Assembly (NCBI GenBank): GCA_028726625.1
Contig: JAQYPT010000048.1
Location: 47,853 to 111,852 of the forward strand
Direction of reading: 5' to 3'
DNA length: 64,000 nt
Source: Prevotellaceae bacterium
GTDB lineage: Bacteria; Bacteroidota; Bacteroidia; Bacteroidales; Bacteroidaceae
The notes under the pieces are model-generated. The model had not been told where the DNA came from and did no database searches. It saw nothing but the letters and a program-made list of their open reading frames with translations. Below are positions 48,520 through 59,095 of this stretch, piece after piece. The first letter of the stretch is position 1. Each line of letters opens with the position of its first letter. The position numbers and the translations under genes are program-made.

Positions 48520-50400
48520 TTATCTTCCTAATAGAACCAGAAGTACGTTGATGTCGCTGGGTGAAATGCCAGGTATTCTGCTGGCTTGTGCGAGCGTGTC
48601 GGGGTCAATTCGCTCTAACTTTTGGCGGGCTTCGGTAGATAATTCATGTAATTCGCTATACTGAAAGCGCCCTTTTATCTTGATATCACTTAGGCGGTGC
48701 ATCTTTTCGGCCATGAGTTTTTCACGCTCAATGTAACCCTTATATTTGATTTTTATTTCTGTTGCCTCTGCAATCTCTTCCTTTCGGTTGCGAGGTTTGT
48801 TGAGCATTTCTTTCAAAGTCGTGATGTGTTCGGCAAGTTGTATCAGCGACACTTGTGGTCGTCCCACGAGGTCAGATATCTTGGAAGTGCCGTGAAGAGG
48901 AGAAGTTCCTATTCTTTCAAGGAAATTGTTGATTTCATTCGGTTTAATCGGTGTTTGATCACAGAAGTCAAGAAGAGCCTTAATACTTTCCTTCTTCTCC
49001 ACCCACCAATCGTAACGCTCGCGACTTGCCAGGCCTAATTGGTACGCTTTCTCCGTCAATCGTGCGTCAGCATCGTCTTGTCTCAATAGAATTCTGTATT
49101 CAGCGCGTGATGTAAACATGCGATAAGGCTCGTCAACTCCTTTGGTAGTCAAGTCATCTATCAGCACACCGATGTAGCTTTCATCGCGGTGCATGACGAA
49201 AGGATCGCTGTTTGAGCAATGCAGTGCAGCGTTCACTCCAGCCACCAAACCTTGTCCGGCCGCCTCTTCATATCCAGTAGTACCATTCACTTGTCCAGCC
49301 AAGAACAAACCTTTCAAAACCTTTGACTCCAACGTTTGTTTCAATTGGGTAGGGTCAAAGTAATCATACTCTATGGCATAACCGGCTCGGTAGATTTTTG
49401 CATCGCGAAAAGCGGGTATTTTGTGGATTGCTTCCAGTTGTATATGCAGTGGCATACTCGATGAAAAGCCGTTCAAATACATTTCGTTTGTGCTTTCTCC
49501 TTCTGGCTCTAAAAACAGTGGATGTTGGTCTTTGTCGGGAAAAGTAACAAGCTTTGTCTCCACTGAAGGGCAATAACGGGGGCCTGTACTTTGTATTTGA
49601 CCGTTGAAAAGGGGAGAATCTGGCAATCCTTGCCTTAATACTTCGTGACATTCTTGATTAGTATAGCACGTCCAACAGGGTAGTTGTTTCAGCTTCCTTG
49701 GTTCACTCATGTAGCTGAATTGATGAAAGTCGTTTTCGCCATCCTGCCGTTCCATGTCCTCAAAATGCACCGTCCGTGCGTCTATTCTGACTGGAGTTCC
49801 TGTCTTCATGCGATCCACACGGATGCCGTGTTGCGAAATACTTTCACTCAAATGATACACTGCTGGCTCGGCACAGCGTCCGCCTGGCAGTTGATGTTGC
49901 CCGATATGCATCAGACCATTCAAAAATGTTCCAGCTGTGATAACCACGCTTTTCGCTCTGAACTCAACTCCCCAAACCGTAATTATGCCAACGGCTTCTC
50001 CGTTTTCTACAATCAATTCCTGGGCTTCATCTTGCCAGATGTCAAGAAGTGGAGTATTGTCCAACACTTTTCTCCATTCCCAAATGTATTTTCCTCGGTC
50101 GCATTGGGCCCGAGGACTCCACACAGCAGGTCCCTTACCCTTGTTAAGCATACGAAATTGGATGGCCGTTGCGTCGGTAATAAGGCCCATCTGTCCCCCC
50201 AAAGCGTCAATTTCTCGAACGATTTGTCCTTTCGCTATGCCGCCAATGGCAGGATTGCAACTCATCTGTCCCACCTTGTTCATGTCCATGGTGATGAGAC
50301 ATGTTCTGGCTCCCATGTTGGCAGATGCTGTTGCTGCCTCGCAACCTGCGTGTCCACCACCTATTACTATAACGTCGTATTTGAATTTCATATTGATCAA
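48520..50400 (-). CDS. mnmG: tRNA uridine-5-carboxymethylaminomethyl modification enzyme
   Basis: IGGGHAGCEA, MSCNPAIGG, GPRYCPS, AGQVNGTTGYEEA, EPYRMFTSRAEYR. Confidence 0.97.
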   Translation of the reverse strand: MINMKFKYDVIVIGGGHAGCEAATASANMGARTCLITMDMNKVGQMSCNPAIGGIAKGQIVREIDALGGQMGLITDATAIQFRMLNKGKGPAVWSPRAQCDRGKYIWEWRKVLDNTPLLDIWQDEAQELIVENGEAVGIITVWGVEFRAKSVVITAGTFLNGLMHIGQHQLPGGRCAEPAVYHLSESISQHGIRVDRMKTGTPVRIDARTVHFEDMERQDGENDFHQFSYMSEPRKLKQLPCWTCYTNQECHEVLRQGLPDSPLFNGQIQSTGPRYCPSVETKLVTFPDKDQHPLFLEPEGESTNEMYLNGFSSSMPLHIQLEAIHKIPAFRDAKIYRAGYAIEYDYFDPTQLKQTLESKVLKGLFLAGQVNGTTGYEEAAGQGLVAGVNAALHCSNSDPFVMHRDESYIGVLIDDLTTKGVDEPYRMFTSRAEYRILLRQDDADARLTEKAYQLGLASRERYDWWVEKKESIKALLDFCDQTPIKPNEINNFLERIGTSPLHGTSKISDLVGRPQVSLIQLAEHITTLKEMLNKPRNRKEEIAEATEIKIKYKGYIEREKLMAEKMHRLSDIKIKGRFQYSELHELSTEARQKLERIDPDTLAQASRIPGISPSDINVLLVLLGR

Positions 50401-50710
50401 TTACCTTTTTTCTCCATGGGCATTTCTTGTTTCTGCGGACCTGAGAAGGCCTTTTGTTGCCCAAATCTGTTATCCTTTCGAATCGTTGTGTCGTTGCGCA
50501 GGCATTATTGTAAATGTCTGATAAACAAAGAACACAATACATCGCAAAAGTACGCAATAAATTTTAATTATGACTTGATTACGAATTAAAAACCCTCTTT
50601 GCTCCGATTTATTCAGTATATTTTATCTATCTTTGCGTCAAATTGTCGTGGATCATCCCGATAGAACAATGGTAGGATTGGATTCCTACCGCCCTTTATC
50701 TTTTTAAATT

Positions 50711-53272
50711 ATGAATTATCTTAAACTTGGAACTATTTTATTCGTAGGACTTTTGTCCTCCCATGTGAGCATGTCACAAGTGTCTGATTTCGATTTGTCA
50801 TCCCAACGCAAGGGAAGTGCAGACGTACCAAAGTTGACAGGGCATCAAGTTGATCACAAAGGATTGATAATCAATCCCGTACCAAACTATCTCAATCTAT
50901 CCATTAGTGGAACACTTGACGTCACGGCTGGGGTCAAATTAACTACTAAACTCGGTCAGCAGAAACGAGATATCCAAGAAGATTTGTCCTTTCTCTCCTT
51001 GCAATCTGCAGGCGTTCCTTTGAACATTGCCTTGGAAAAGACTGCTGGGAGCCATGCTGTGAAGTCCGTCAGCGGCGCTTATTCGTTGCGTATTCACCAG
51101 CAAGGTATTGATATTGTCGGCTATGATGATGCCGGTGTGTACTATGGCATCCAGACATTACGCCAGATATTGGAAAGCCCCATTGCCCAAAATGGCAAGA
51201 CCCTGCCTTATTTGGAGGTCGATGATTATCCCGTTTTCCCATATCGTGGCATCATTGAAGGATTCTATGGAACCCCCTGGTCACACAAGGTGCGCCTGTC
51301 GTTGATCGATTTTTATGGCAAATACAAGTTGAATACCTATATTTACGGACCCAAAGACGACCCCTATCACAGTTCACCCAACTGGCGAAAACCTTATCCA
51401 GCGGACGAAGCTAAGAACATTCATGAGCTGGTAGAGGCCTGTGATAAACACAGGGTAGAGTTTGTTTGGGCCATTCATCCAGGCAAAGATATCAAGTGGA
51501 ATGAAGAAGATTACAACAACCTGAAGCACAAATTCGACCTGATGTACCAGCTGGGAGTCCGCTCGTTTGCCATCTTCTTTGATGATATCTCTGGTGATGG
51601 AACCAATCCAGCCAGGCAAGTAGAGCTGTTGAACCGCCTGACAAAAGAGTTTGTCAAGGTCAAAGGAGACGTTTCGCCACTCATCATTTGCCCCACAGAC
51701 TATAGCCGCGCCTGGGCCAACCCAACGCCCGAAGGCAGCTTGTCGGTGTATGGCCGAACCTTAGACCCATCGGTGAGGGTGTTCTGGACAGGTGATGTCG
51801 TATGCAGTGACGTCACACGAACTACCTTAGCGTGGGTCAATTCACGCATCAAGCGGCCGGCTCTGTTTTGGTGGAACTATCCCGTGACCGACTATGTGCG
51901 CCACATCGTGTTGCAAGGACCCGTCTATGGACTTGAAAACACTGTTACCGCAGGCGAGATGACCGGTCTGCTGAGCAACCCCATGGAGCATGGCGAAGCC
52001 TCTAAACTTGCTTTGTACAGTGTTGCTGACTACGCTTGGAACCCCACAGCCTATAACGCATTGGACAGTTGGGAGCGTGGATTGGCGGTGATGGCACCGC
52101 AAGCAAAGGACGCATATCGCACCTTTGCCATCCATTCTGCCGACACAGAAACGGGTTATCGGCGTGACGAATCGTGGGAAACAACAACCTTCAGCTTCGA
52201 CCATTACATCCCAAAACAATATGATGACCTCATGCGTGAGTTCGAGAAGATAGAGAAGGTGCCTGCACAGTTGGAACAAGGATTGGCCAACCGAGGGCTG
52301 TTCAGCGAGTTACGTCCATGGCTCACCGAGTTCGGCAAGTTAGGAACGCGCGGTAAAACTGCGTTGAAACTCATGGAGATGTTTAAGCATGAAGCCCCGG
52401 AGGCCTTCTGGAACAGCTATGTGCAGAACCTCATGAGTGCGGAAGACAAGAAGGCTTATGACGCCCATCGGTCGGGAACCATGAAGCTACAGCCGTTTTA
52501 TGAAAAGGCCATGGAGGACATGAGCGAGGCCTTCTATGAGCAACTCGCGGGGAAAAAGTCAGCCATACAGCGTCCCATCGGATCTTATCCCAGCGTGTAT
52601 ACCACGCAGAGCAAGACCATGTTGGATGCCGATTCCCTCTCATTCTATCATTCGGGCATCGCACAAAAGACGAGTGATTGGGTTGGACTGGACCTGGGAA
52701 AGGTGATGCCGATTTGGGAAGTTGACCTCAAGCAAGGCCGCAATGCGACAGATGACGTAGATTATTTCGACCACGCCATCCTCGAATGCTCAGCTGACGG
52801 ACAGACATGGACCCCGCTCATCGCCGACCTTCGGAAGCAATACGATATTCATTGGATGGGGCTGGGCGTGCAGGGACGCTATGTGCGCTTACGCAAACTG
52901 CCTTCAGAGAAGACCCATTGGTTGGCCGTGCGCACGTTCAAGGTCAATCCTATCACGTTGTCACGCCTGGATTTTGACGTACATACAGACCAAGGCGAGC
53001 AGGCCGTCCGTGCTTTTGATGAACAACCTTTGACCTCTTTCCATCTTGCTGGCACCCTTTCGTTCGACATTCCAAAGCATACGCAGCGTTATATTTTGTT
53101 GATGAAGCTGCCCGAAAATCAGACGGTCAGAGTGAAACAACATGACAAGAAGGGACGTGTGGTGGCAGAAACTACCGTTACCTCATCTTTCTATCAGTGT
53201 GATGTCGCGAAAAAAGCTATCCGCCTATCCATCGAGGGCAATGCTGAAATCTTTGAAATCATCCGCAAGTAA
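50711..53272 (+). CDS. GH84 beta-N-acetylglucosaminidase (O-GlcNAcase/hyaluronidase-like) with F5/8C module
   Basis: Signal peptide, GIIEGFYGTPW, YIYGPKDDPYH, FAIFFDDI, WWNYPVTDY, CBM32-like C-terminal region. Confidence 0.9.
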   Translation: MNYLKLGTILFVGLLSSHVSMSQVSDFDLSSQRKGSADVPKLTGHQVDHKGLIINPVPNYLNLSISGTLDVTAGVKLTTKLGQQKRDIQEDLSFLSLQSAGVPLNIALEKTAGSHAVKSVSGAYSLRIHQQGIDIVGYDDAGVYYGIQTLRQILESPIAQNGKTLPYLEVDDYPVFPYRGIIEGFYGTPWSHKVRLSLIDFYGKYKLNTYIYGPKDDPYHSSPNWRKPYPADEAKNIHELVEACDKHRVEFVWAIHPGKDIKWNEEDYNNLKHKFDLMYQLGVRSFAIFFDDISGDGTNPARQVELLNRLTKEFVKVKGDVSPLIICPTDYSRAWANPTPEGSLSVYGRTLDPSVRVFWTGDVVCSDVTRTTLAWVNSRIKRPALFWWNYPVTDYVRHIVLQGPVYGLENTVTAGEMTGLLSNPMEHGEASKLALYSVADYAWNPTAYNALDSWERGLAVMAPQAKDAYRTFAIHSADTETGYRRDESWETTTFSFDHYIPKQYDDLMREFEKIEKVPAQLEQGLANRGLFSELRPWLTEFGKLGTRGKTALKLMEMFKHEAPEAFWNSYVQNLMSAEDKKAYDAHRSGTMKLQPFYEKAMEDMSEAFYEQLAGKKSAIQRPIGSYPSVYTTQSKTMLDADSLSFYHSGIAQKTSDWVGLDLGKVMPIWEVDLKQGRNATDDVDYFDHAILECSADGQTWTPLIADLRKQYDIHWMGLGVQGRYVRLRKLPSEKTHWLAVRTFKVNPITLSRLDFDVHTDQGEQAVRAFDEQPLTSFHLAGTLSFDIPKHTQRYILLMKLPENQTVRVKQHDKKGRVVAETTVTSSFYQCDVAKKAIRLSIEGNAEIFEIIRK

Positions 53273-53278
53273 GCGAAT

Positions 53279-53318
53279 AAAAATAAGGTGTGCCAGTTTG
53301 ATGACACACCTTATTTTT
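53279..53318. terminator. Bidirectional terminator between GH84 and YitT
   Basis: AAAAATAAGGTGTG / CACACCTTATTTTT. Confidence 0.75.
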
Positions 53319-53358
53319 ATGCCGATACAGCGGCACATCGTCCCGTGTCTTACCGCAA

Positions 53359-54279
53359 TCAACGGGTGGGTTCTTCTTTTTTAGCCTGTGCTGCTCGTGG
53401 TAATTTCTTCTTTTTGTTCACCTTGAACTTGTCAAATCCCAGTCCGTACACACCGATAACCGCACTCTGAGAGACAAAAGCCTCTGGGTCTATCTCGTCA
53501 ATCGTTCTGAAAATCATCGACGATTCAGTTTGTTTGGCCAGCACAAAAAGCATTTTCACGTCGCGTCCCGAGTAAAATCCGTTGCCCGTGAGCGTGGTAC
53601 ATCCTCGTTGAACCGTCGTATTGATGGCCCTACCTATCTCTTCGTATTTTTCTGAGATGATGAAGAACTGAACCGACCGCCGGTTCATGTTCACCACTTT
53701 GTCCACGCAGGCCGAAGAAACAATAAGTACCACATAGCCATACAACACCTGCTCCCAGTCGTGCAACACCAGGTAACTGGACGTGATGATGGTGATGTCG
53801 CAGAGAAGGATGACCTTTCCCAGCGAGATGTCATGATATTTGTTAATCATGGCCGCAATGACATCCGTTCCACCTGTGCTGCCGTTGCTCGACAATCCCA
53901 TTCCGATACTCGACCCCATCAGCACAGCTCCCAGAATGGCCGCCATGAAAGGTTGGTCGTTGATGATTGCCTCATCGTGTGTCACCTGTCTGATGAGCCA
54001 CACAAACATGGCGAACGTAAGGGCTGCATAGATGGTCTTGACGCAAAATCGCCACCCTAGAATCTTGAGCGCAAAGGCCAGCAGGGTGGCGTTGATGACT
54101 AAGTAGGTGACCTCTACGGGAATATTAAAGCCCCAATAGATGATAGACGAGATACCTGTGATGCCGCCCATACCGATGTGGTTGGGCAACAAGAAGACGG
54201 TTAGGCCCAAGCTGCCCATGAGCATGGCCAGTGTGATAATGGCGTAATCTTTCAGTTCTGATTTCTTTTTTCTTGGCAT
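53359..54279 (-). CDS. YitT family membrane protein (second paralogue)
   Basis: 'GMGGITGIS', 'GSTGGTDVIAAMINK', 'DPEAFVSQSAVIGVYGLGF'. The start is reassigned to MPRKKK. Confidence 0.85.
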   Translation of the reverse strand: MPRKKKSELKDYAIITLAMLMGSLGLTVFLLPNHIGMGGITGISSIIYWGFNIPVEVTYLVINATLLAFALKILGWRFCVKTIYAALTFAMFVWLIRQVTHDEAIINDQPFMAAILGAVLMGSSIGMGLSSNGSTGGTDVIAAMINKYHDISLGKVILLCDITIITSSYLVLHDWEQVLYGYVVLIVSSACVDKVVNMNRRSVQFFIISEKYEEIGRAINTTVQRGCTTLTGNGFYSGRDVKMLFVLAKQTESSMIFRTIDEIDPEAFVSQSAVIGVYGLGFDKFKVNKKKKLPRAAQAKKEEPTR

Positions 54280-54519
54280 GGTGAGTTTGTTTTTTAGCGT
54301 CTTGTTATTCCTTGTTGTACCTTGGATGGTACGAAAGGATGTCGTCGGCAAAGTTACAAAAAAGATGTTTATCTGTTTCTCATTGTCCCTAAAATGTGGT
54401 GCTGATGTGTTGTCTGTATTTCCAATGTAGCTGTTCTTGGCGTGTCCTCGAAACAATTCCCGAAAACGGTTTGATGGTGTTTCGTGTAAAAATGTTCCAT
54501 TTCTTTACTAAAAAACAGT

Positions 54520-54884
54520 CCTAAAATGGCACTTCAAAACTTTCAATATAGAAAAAATCAATAGGCAAGGAAGAAGCAAACAAGCTGTCATGAAGCAACA
54601 AAAATGAAATTTTAGAGCAATAGCAATGCGTTTAAGGTGTTAGATGCATGATATTGCCGCCCAATAGATAGGGTATTGCGCGGCAAAAGCATACAAATAT
54701 CTGCCTAAAAGCTATTTTTGTGCTTAAAAAAACGCGTAAATAGAGGAATATTTGTGTCTTGATTTTGTAATATGTTGTATGTCAGTCGAATACAAATGAT
54801 GCTCATCTTGGGCGTATTTGCAACGAAAGTGAAGGCTGTTCGTAAATACGCAAATTATAAGAGAGTGTGTTGTCAAGATAATTC
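54520..54884 (-). repeat. ~366-bp dispersed intergenic element, copy 3 (inverted)
   Basis: The reverse complement reads AATTATCTTGACA..GCGTATTTACGAA-N15-TTGCAAATACGCC..ATTGAAAGTTTTGAAGTGCCATTTTAGG. Confidence 0.8.
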
Positions 54885-55117
54885 ACCAGTAGGAGCGTGT
54901 TCAATCGCGTTTTATAGCATAGCCTTCATGTTTCATCAAACGGTTGTCAAGTTCGGACGTTGTCACCATGTTTAGCCGCATCAGGCACCCTGTTGTGTGC
55001 GAATAAAATCAGATGTGCACCTTAAAAGTGTTAAAATCATGAAGTTCAGCCTTGCATATAGAAAAAACTCACTATATTTACATTCATTTTAAAACAACTA
55101 AAAAACGTTTTGTCGAT

Positions 55118-55432
55118 ATGGAAGATAACACGCAGCAGCAGGGATTGCAATTGGAGTTGAATCCCGAGGTGGCTCAGGGTAAGTATGTTAATCTGGCCCT
55201 GATCTCACACTCCAGCTCAGAGTTTGTACTTGATTTTACCAGTATTTTGCCCGGTATCCCCAAGCCCCAGGTGGTGAGTCGTGTGGTGATGGCCCCCGAA
55301 CATGCCAAACGGCTTCTGATGGCCTTGCAGGAGAACGTCTATAAATATGAGCAACAGTTTGGCAAGATTCAACTGCCAGAGATGGCTGGCCGCACCATTG
55401 CTCCTTTCGAAGGCACCAAGGGGGAAGCGTAG
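55118..55432 (+). CDS. DUF3467 domain protein
   Basis: 'AQGKYVNLALISHSSSEFVLDF', 'RVVMAPEHAKRLLMALQENV..YE..FG.I'. Confidence 0.85.
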   Translation: MEDNTQQQGLQLELNPEVAQGKYVNLALISHSSSEFVLDFTSILPGIPKPQVVSRVVMAPEHAKRLLMALQENVYKYEQQFGKIQLPEMAGRTIAPFEGTKGEA

Positions 55433-55639
55433 ATTGCGCTCCCTTTGGCGATAGATAGTTCTTTCTCTGTCGATAGGTGGCTCTTTCTTCAGCGAATGTG
55501 TTAAAGACTGCGGTTCGTTCGTGAAACTATTTTCACGTTCTCTTGCTGTTTCCTTTTAGGCGTATCTGCGTAAAATCGGTTCCTCATCTTTATCTTTCTC
55601 GGCCCCCTGATGAGTTTTCTCGTATTTTTAACGAAAAGC

Positions 55640-55670
55640 TTTGAGTTATCATTAAATTGTAGTATTTTTG
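55640..55670 (+). promoter_or_regulatory. Promoter of sdhCAB
   Basis: TTTG (55640-43), 19 nt, then TATTTTTG (55663-70). Confidence 0.6.
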
Positions 55671-55808
55671 CAACGGCTGGCGGTATCTGATACCTATAAA
55701 TGAGGATGTTTGATGGTGAACATTTGTAAAGAACACCAGCCAAGGAACAACTATTTAAACGCACACATCAATATACTAACATTTAAATACTTTAATTATC
55801 AATCATTT

Positions 55809-56495
55809 ATGTGGTTAATCAATTCATCTATTGGTAGAAAAGTGGTCATGTCGGTTACCGGCATTGCGCTTATTCTGTTCCTGACATTTCACATGTCAAT
55901 GAATGTTGTCGCCCTCTTTTCAGGAGAAGCGTACAACATGATTTGTGAATTTTTGGGTGCCAACTGGTATGCAGTGGTAGCTACGATAGCACTTGCAGCT
56001 TTGGTTGTTTGTCATATCGTCTACGCATTCATCCTGACGGCACAAAACCGGCGAGCTCGCGGCAACGAACGTTATGCCGTTACGCAAAGAAGCTCTAAGG
56101 TAGAGTGGGCATCTCAAAACATGTTGGTGTTAGGCATCATTGTTCTTTTGGGCTTACTTCTTCACTTGTACAATTTCTGGTACAACATGATGTTTGCCGA
56201 GATCTTTCACATTGCCGACCCCTTAGGCGATCCCGCTAACGGATTCAGTTACATTCGTGAAACATTCGCACAACCTCTGTATGTGGTGCTGTATGTCATT
56301 TGGCTGGTTGCCATCTGGTTCCACCTCACGCATGGCTTCTGGAGTGCAATGCAAACACTTGGAATCAACAACAAAATCTGGTTCAATCGATGGAAGACTA
56401 TCGGCGAGGTATATGCCACGTTGCTGATGTTAGGCTTCCTTGTAGTTGTTCTCGCATTTGCCTTTGGCTGCGCGCCAAGTTTGTGCTGTGCGTAA
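55809..56495 (+). CDS. sdhC: Succinate dehydrogenase/fumarate reductase cytochrome b subunit
   Basis: SSIGRKVVMSVTG, haem-ligating His in FHM, CHI, LHL and FHLTHG. Confidence 0.9.
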   Translation: MWLINSSIGRKVVMSVTGIALILFLTFHMSMNVVALFSGEAYNMICEFLGANWYAVVATIALAALVVCHIVYAFILTAQNRRARGNERYAVTQRSSKVEWASQNMLVLGIIVLLGLLLHLYNFWYNMMFAEIFHIADPLGDPANGFSYIRETFAQPLYVVLYVIWLVAIWFHLTHGFWSAMQTLGINNKIWFNRWKTIGEVYATLLMLGFLVVVLAFAFGCAPSLCCA

Positions 56496-56529
56496 TTGTT
56501 TAATCTGATTACATGTAAGGAAGAATATT

Positions 56530-58509
56530 ATGACACAAATAAATTCAAAAATACCTGAAGGACCAGTAGCTGAGAAGTGGACCAATTACAAGGCTCACCA
56601 GCGTTTGGTTAACCCAAAGAATAAATTAAAATTGGATGTCATCGTTGTTGGTACAGGCTTAGCAGGTGCCAGTGCCGCCGCTTCATTGGGCGAGATGGGG
56701 TTCAATGTATTCAACTTTTGTATTCAAGACTCGCCTCGTCGTGCACACTCTATTGCTGCACAAGGAGGTATCAATGCTGCCAAGGATTATCAGAATGACG
56801 GTGACTCTGTTTATCGTTTGTTCTATGATACCGTAAAAGGTGGCGACTATCGTGCTCGTGAAGCTAACGTTTACCGTTTGGCAGAGGTGTCGAATGCTAT
56901 CATCGACCAATGTGTTGCACAAGGCGTACCATTCGCTCGTGAATACGGAGGCATGCTCGCCAACCGTTCATTTGGCGGTGCACAGGTAAGTAGAACATTC
57001 TATGCCAAAGGTCAAACAGGTCAGCAGCTGCTCCTGGGCGCTTACTCATCACTGATGTGTCAAGTACATGCAGGCAAAGTAAAGCTCTATACGCGTTACG
57101 AGATGGAGGACGTAGTCATCATTGACGGTCGTGCTCGTGGTATCATTGCTAAGAATTTGGTGACTGGTAAGTTAGAGCGATTCTCTGCCAATGCCGTAGT
57201 AATCGCCACTGGCGGATACGGAAATACTTATTTCCTTTCTACCAATGCAATGGGATGTAACTGTACCGCTGCCGTTCAGTGCTACCGTAAGGGTGCTTAT
57301 TTTGCTAACCCTTCGTATGTACAGATTCACCCCACCTGTATTCCTGTACATGGTGACAAGCAGTCTAAACTGACGCTGATGTCAGAATCGTTGCGTAACG
57401 ACGGACGTATTTGGGTTCCTAAGAAGATAGAAGATGCCAAGGCATTACAGGCAGGAACGAAACAAGGCTGGGAAATACCAGAGGAGGATCGCGACTACTA
57501 CTTGGAGCGTCGCTATCCAGCATTTGGTAACTTAGTGCCTCGTGATGTGGCTTCGCGTGCTGCGAAGGAGCGTTGCGATAAGGGCTTTGGTGTGAACAAC
57601 ACTGGTTTGGCAGTGTTCCTTGACTTCTCTGAGTCTATCAACCGATTGGGACTTGATGAAATCATGCAGCGTTATGGAAACCTCTTCGAGATGTATGAAG
57701 AGATTACAGACGTATTCCCTGGTGACATGGCGAACGAAATCAATGGCGAAAAGTACTACAAACCCATGATGATCTTCCCCGCTATCCATTATACCATGGG
57801 TGGAATCTGGGTAGATTATGAGTTGATGACCTCTGTCGCAGGACTGTTTGCCATCGGTGAATGCAACTTCTCTGATCACGGTGCTAACCGCTTGGGAGCT
57901 TCAGCGTTGATGCAAGGTTTGGCAGATGGTTACTTCGTGTTGCCATACACCATTCAAAATTATTTGGCAGACCAAGCTGTTTGGCCACGTCTTTCTACCG
58001 ATCTTCCTGAGTTTGAAGAGGCAGAAAAGAAGGTACAAGCAGAGATTGACCGTTTGATGAACATCAAGGGTAAGCGCTCTGTCGACTCTATTCACAAAGA
58101 GTTGGGTCACATCATGTGGGAACACGTGGGAATGGGTCGTACCAAGGAAGGTCTTGAAGAAGGCTTGAAGATGATAGCAGACTTGCGTAAAGAGTTCGAT
58201 ACCAACCTGTTTATCCCAGGTTCTAAAGAAGGTCTGAACGTTGAGTTGGATAAAGCTATCCATTTGCGTGATTTCTTATTGATGGGCGAACTCGTTGCCT
58301 ATGATGCCATCTCTCGTAATGAGAGTTGTGGAGGTCACTTCCGTGAGGAGTATCAAACACCCGAGGGAGAGGCAAAACGCGACGACGAAAACTATTTCTA
58401 TGTAGGTTGTTGGAAGTACCAAAACAATGATGAAACCGCCCCCGAGCTGCTCAAAGAGCCACTCGAGTACGAGGCCATCAAGGTACAGACACGTAATTAT
58501 AAGAATTAA
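56530..58509 (+). CDS. sdhA: Succinate dehydrogenase/fumarate reductase flavoprotein subunit
   Basis: [41 protein letters not shown]. Confidence 0.95.
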   Translation: MTQINSKIPEGPVAEKWTNYKAHQRLVNPKNKLKLDVIVVGTGLAGASAAASLGEMGFNVFNFCIQDSPRRAHSIAAQGGINAAKDYQNDGDSVYRLFYDTVKGGDYRAREANVYRLAEVSNAIIDQCVAQGVPFAREYGGMLANRSFGGAQVSRTFYAKGQTGQQLLLGAYSSLMCQVHAGKVKLYTRYEMEDVVIIDGRARGIIAKNLVTGKLERFSANAVVIATGGYGNTYFLSTNAMGCNCTAAVQCYRKGAYFANPSYVQIHPTCIPVHGDKQSKLTLMSESLRNDGRIWVPKKIEDAKALQAGTKQGWEIPEEDRDYYLERRYPAFGNLVPRDVASRAAKERCDKGFGVNNTGLAVFLDFSESINRLGLDEIMQRYGNLFEMYEEITDVFPGDMANEINGEKYYKPMMIFPAIHYTMGGIWVDYELMTSVAGLFAIGECNFSDHGANRLGASALMQGLADGYFVLPYTIQNYLADQAVWPRLSTDLPEFEEAEKKVQAEIDRLMNIKGKRSVDSIHKELGHIMWEHVGMGRTKEGLEEGLKMIADLRKEFDTNLFIPGSKEGLNVELDKAIHLRDFLLMGELVAYDAISRNESCGGHFREEYQTPEGEAKRDDENYFYVGCWKYQNNDETAPELLKEPLEYEAIKVQTRNYKN

Positions 58510-58510
58510 A

Positions 58511-58550
58511 TTGATGAGTTGACGAGTTAACAAGCTGACGAGTAGACAAG
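58511..58550 (+). repeat. Left octamer array of four-helix-bundle element
   Basis: TTGATGAG TTGACGAG TTAACAAG CTGACGAG TAGACAAG, starting 1 nt after the sdhA stop. Confidence 0.88.
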
Positions 58551-58605
58551 ATGATAGTGAATTCGTGAGGTTCTTCTCATAGCTAATATGTAATCCGAAT
58601 TGGAT

Positions 58606-58965
58606 ATGAAATCTACGCACAAAGACTTGATTGTTTGGCAAAAGAGCATCATTCTTGTGAAAAGGATTTATCAAGTAACGAGATGTTTTCCATATGAAGA
58701 ACTCATGGGAATCTCCTCTCAAATGCGTAGAGCTGCAATTTCAATACCTTCAAACATAGCTGAAGGTTATGGAAGAGGAACGACAAAAGAGTTGTTACAT
58801 TTCTTATATATAGCCTTGGGTTCAGCTTCTGAATTGGATACTCAAATTATTCTCTGTAAAGAGTTGGGCTTTATCATTGATTTGGAGGCTTACCAAGAAC
58901 TCTATCAATTAAATATAGAAGTCTTAAAAATGCTAACAGCACTCATTAAAAGTCAACAACAATAG
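58606..58965 (+). CDS. Four helix bundle protein (23S rRNA intervening-sequence protein / Avd-like)
   Basis: HKDLIVWQKS, FPYEE, SQMRRAAISIPSNIAEG.GR, FLYIALGSASELDTQ. Confidence 0.92.
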   Translation: MKSTHKDLIVWQKSIILVKRIYQVTRCFPYEELMGISSQMRRAAISIPSNIAEGYGRGTTKELLHFLYIALGSASELDTQIILCKELGFIIDLEAYQELYQLNIEVLKMLTALIKSQQQ

Positions 58966-59039
58966 ACAAAATATTCATAAAATCGTTGTATTTAAAATAT
59001 ATAGCAATCTATAAATTTGTTGTAACTATTGAAAAAAGT

Positions 59040-59080
59040 CTATTAACTTGTAAACTTGTCAACTCGTAAACTCGTAAACT
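59040..59080 (-). repeat. Right (inverted) octamer array of four-helix-bundle element
   Basis: CTATTAA CTTGTAAA CTTGTCAA CTCGTAAA CTCGTAAA CT, which is the reverse complement of TT(G/T)ACRAG units. It ends 15 nt before the sdhB ATG. Confidence 0.88.
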
Positions 59081-59095
59081 AAAAAAATACAAGCC

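Noticed and set aside
54478-54493. Third parS site (TGTTTCGTGTAAAAAT)
   Set aside because: It has five mismatches to the consensus and poor palindromy.
58606-58965. Diversity-generating retroelement, because the protein is Avd-like
   Set aside because: No reverse transcriptase and no template/variable repeat pair are present in the window.
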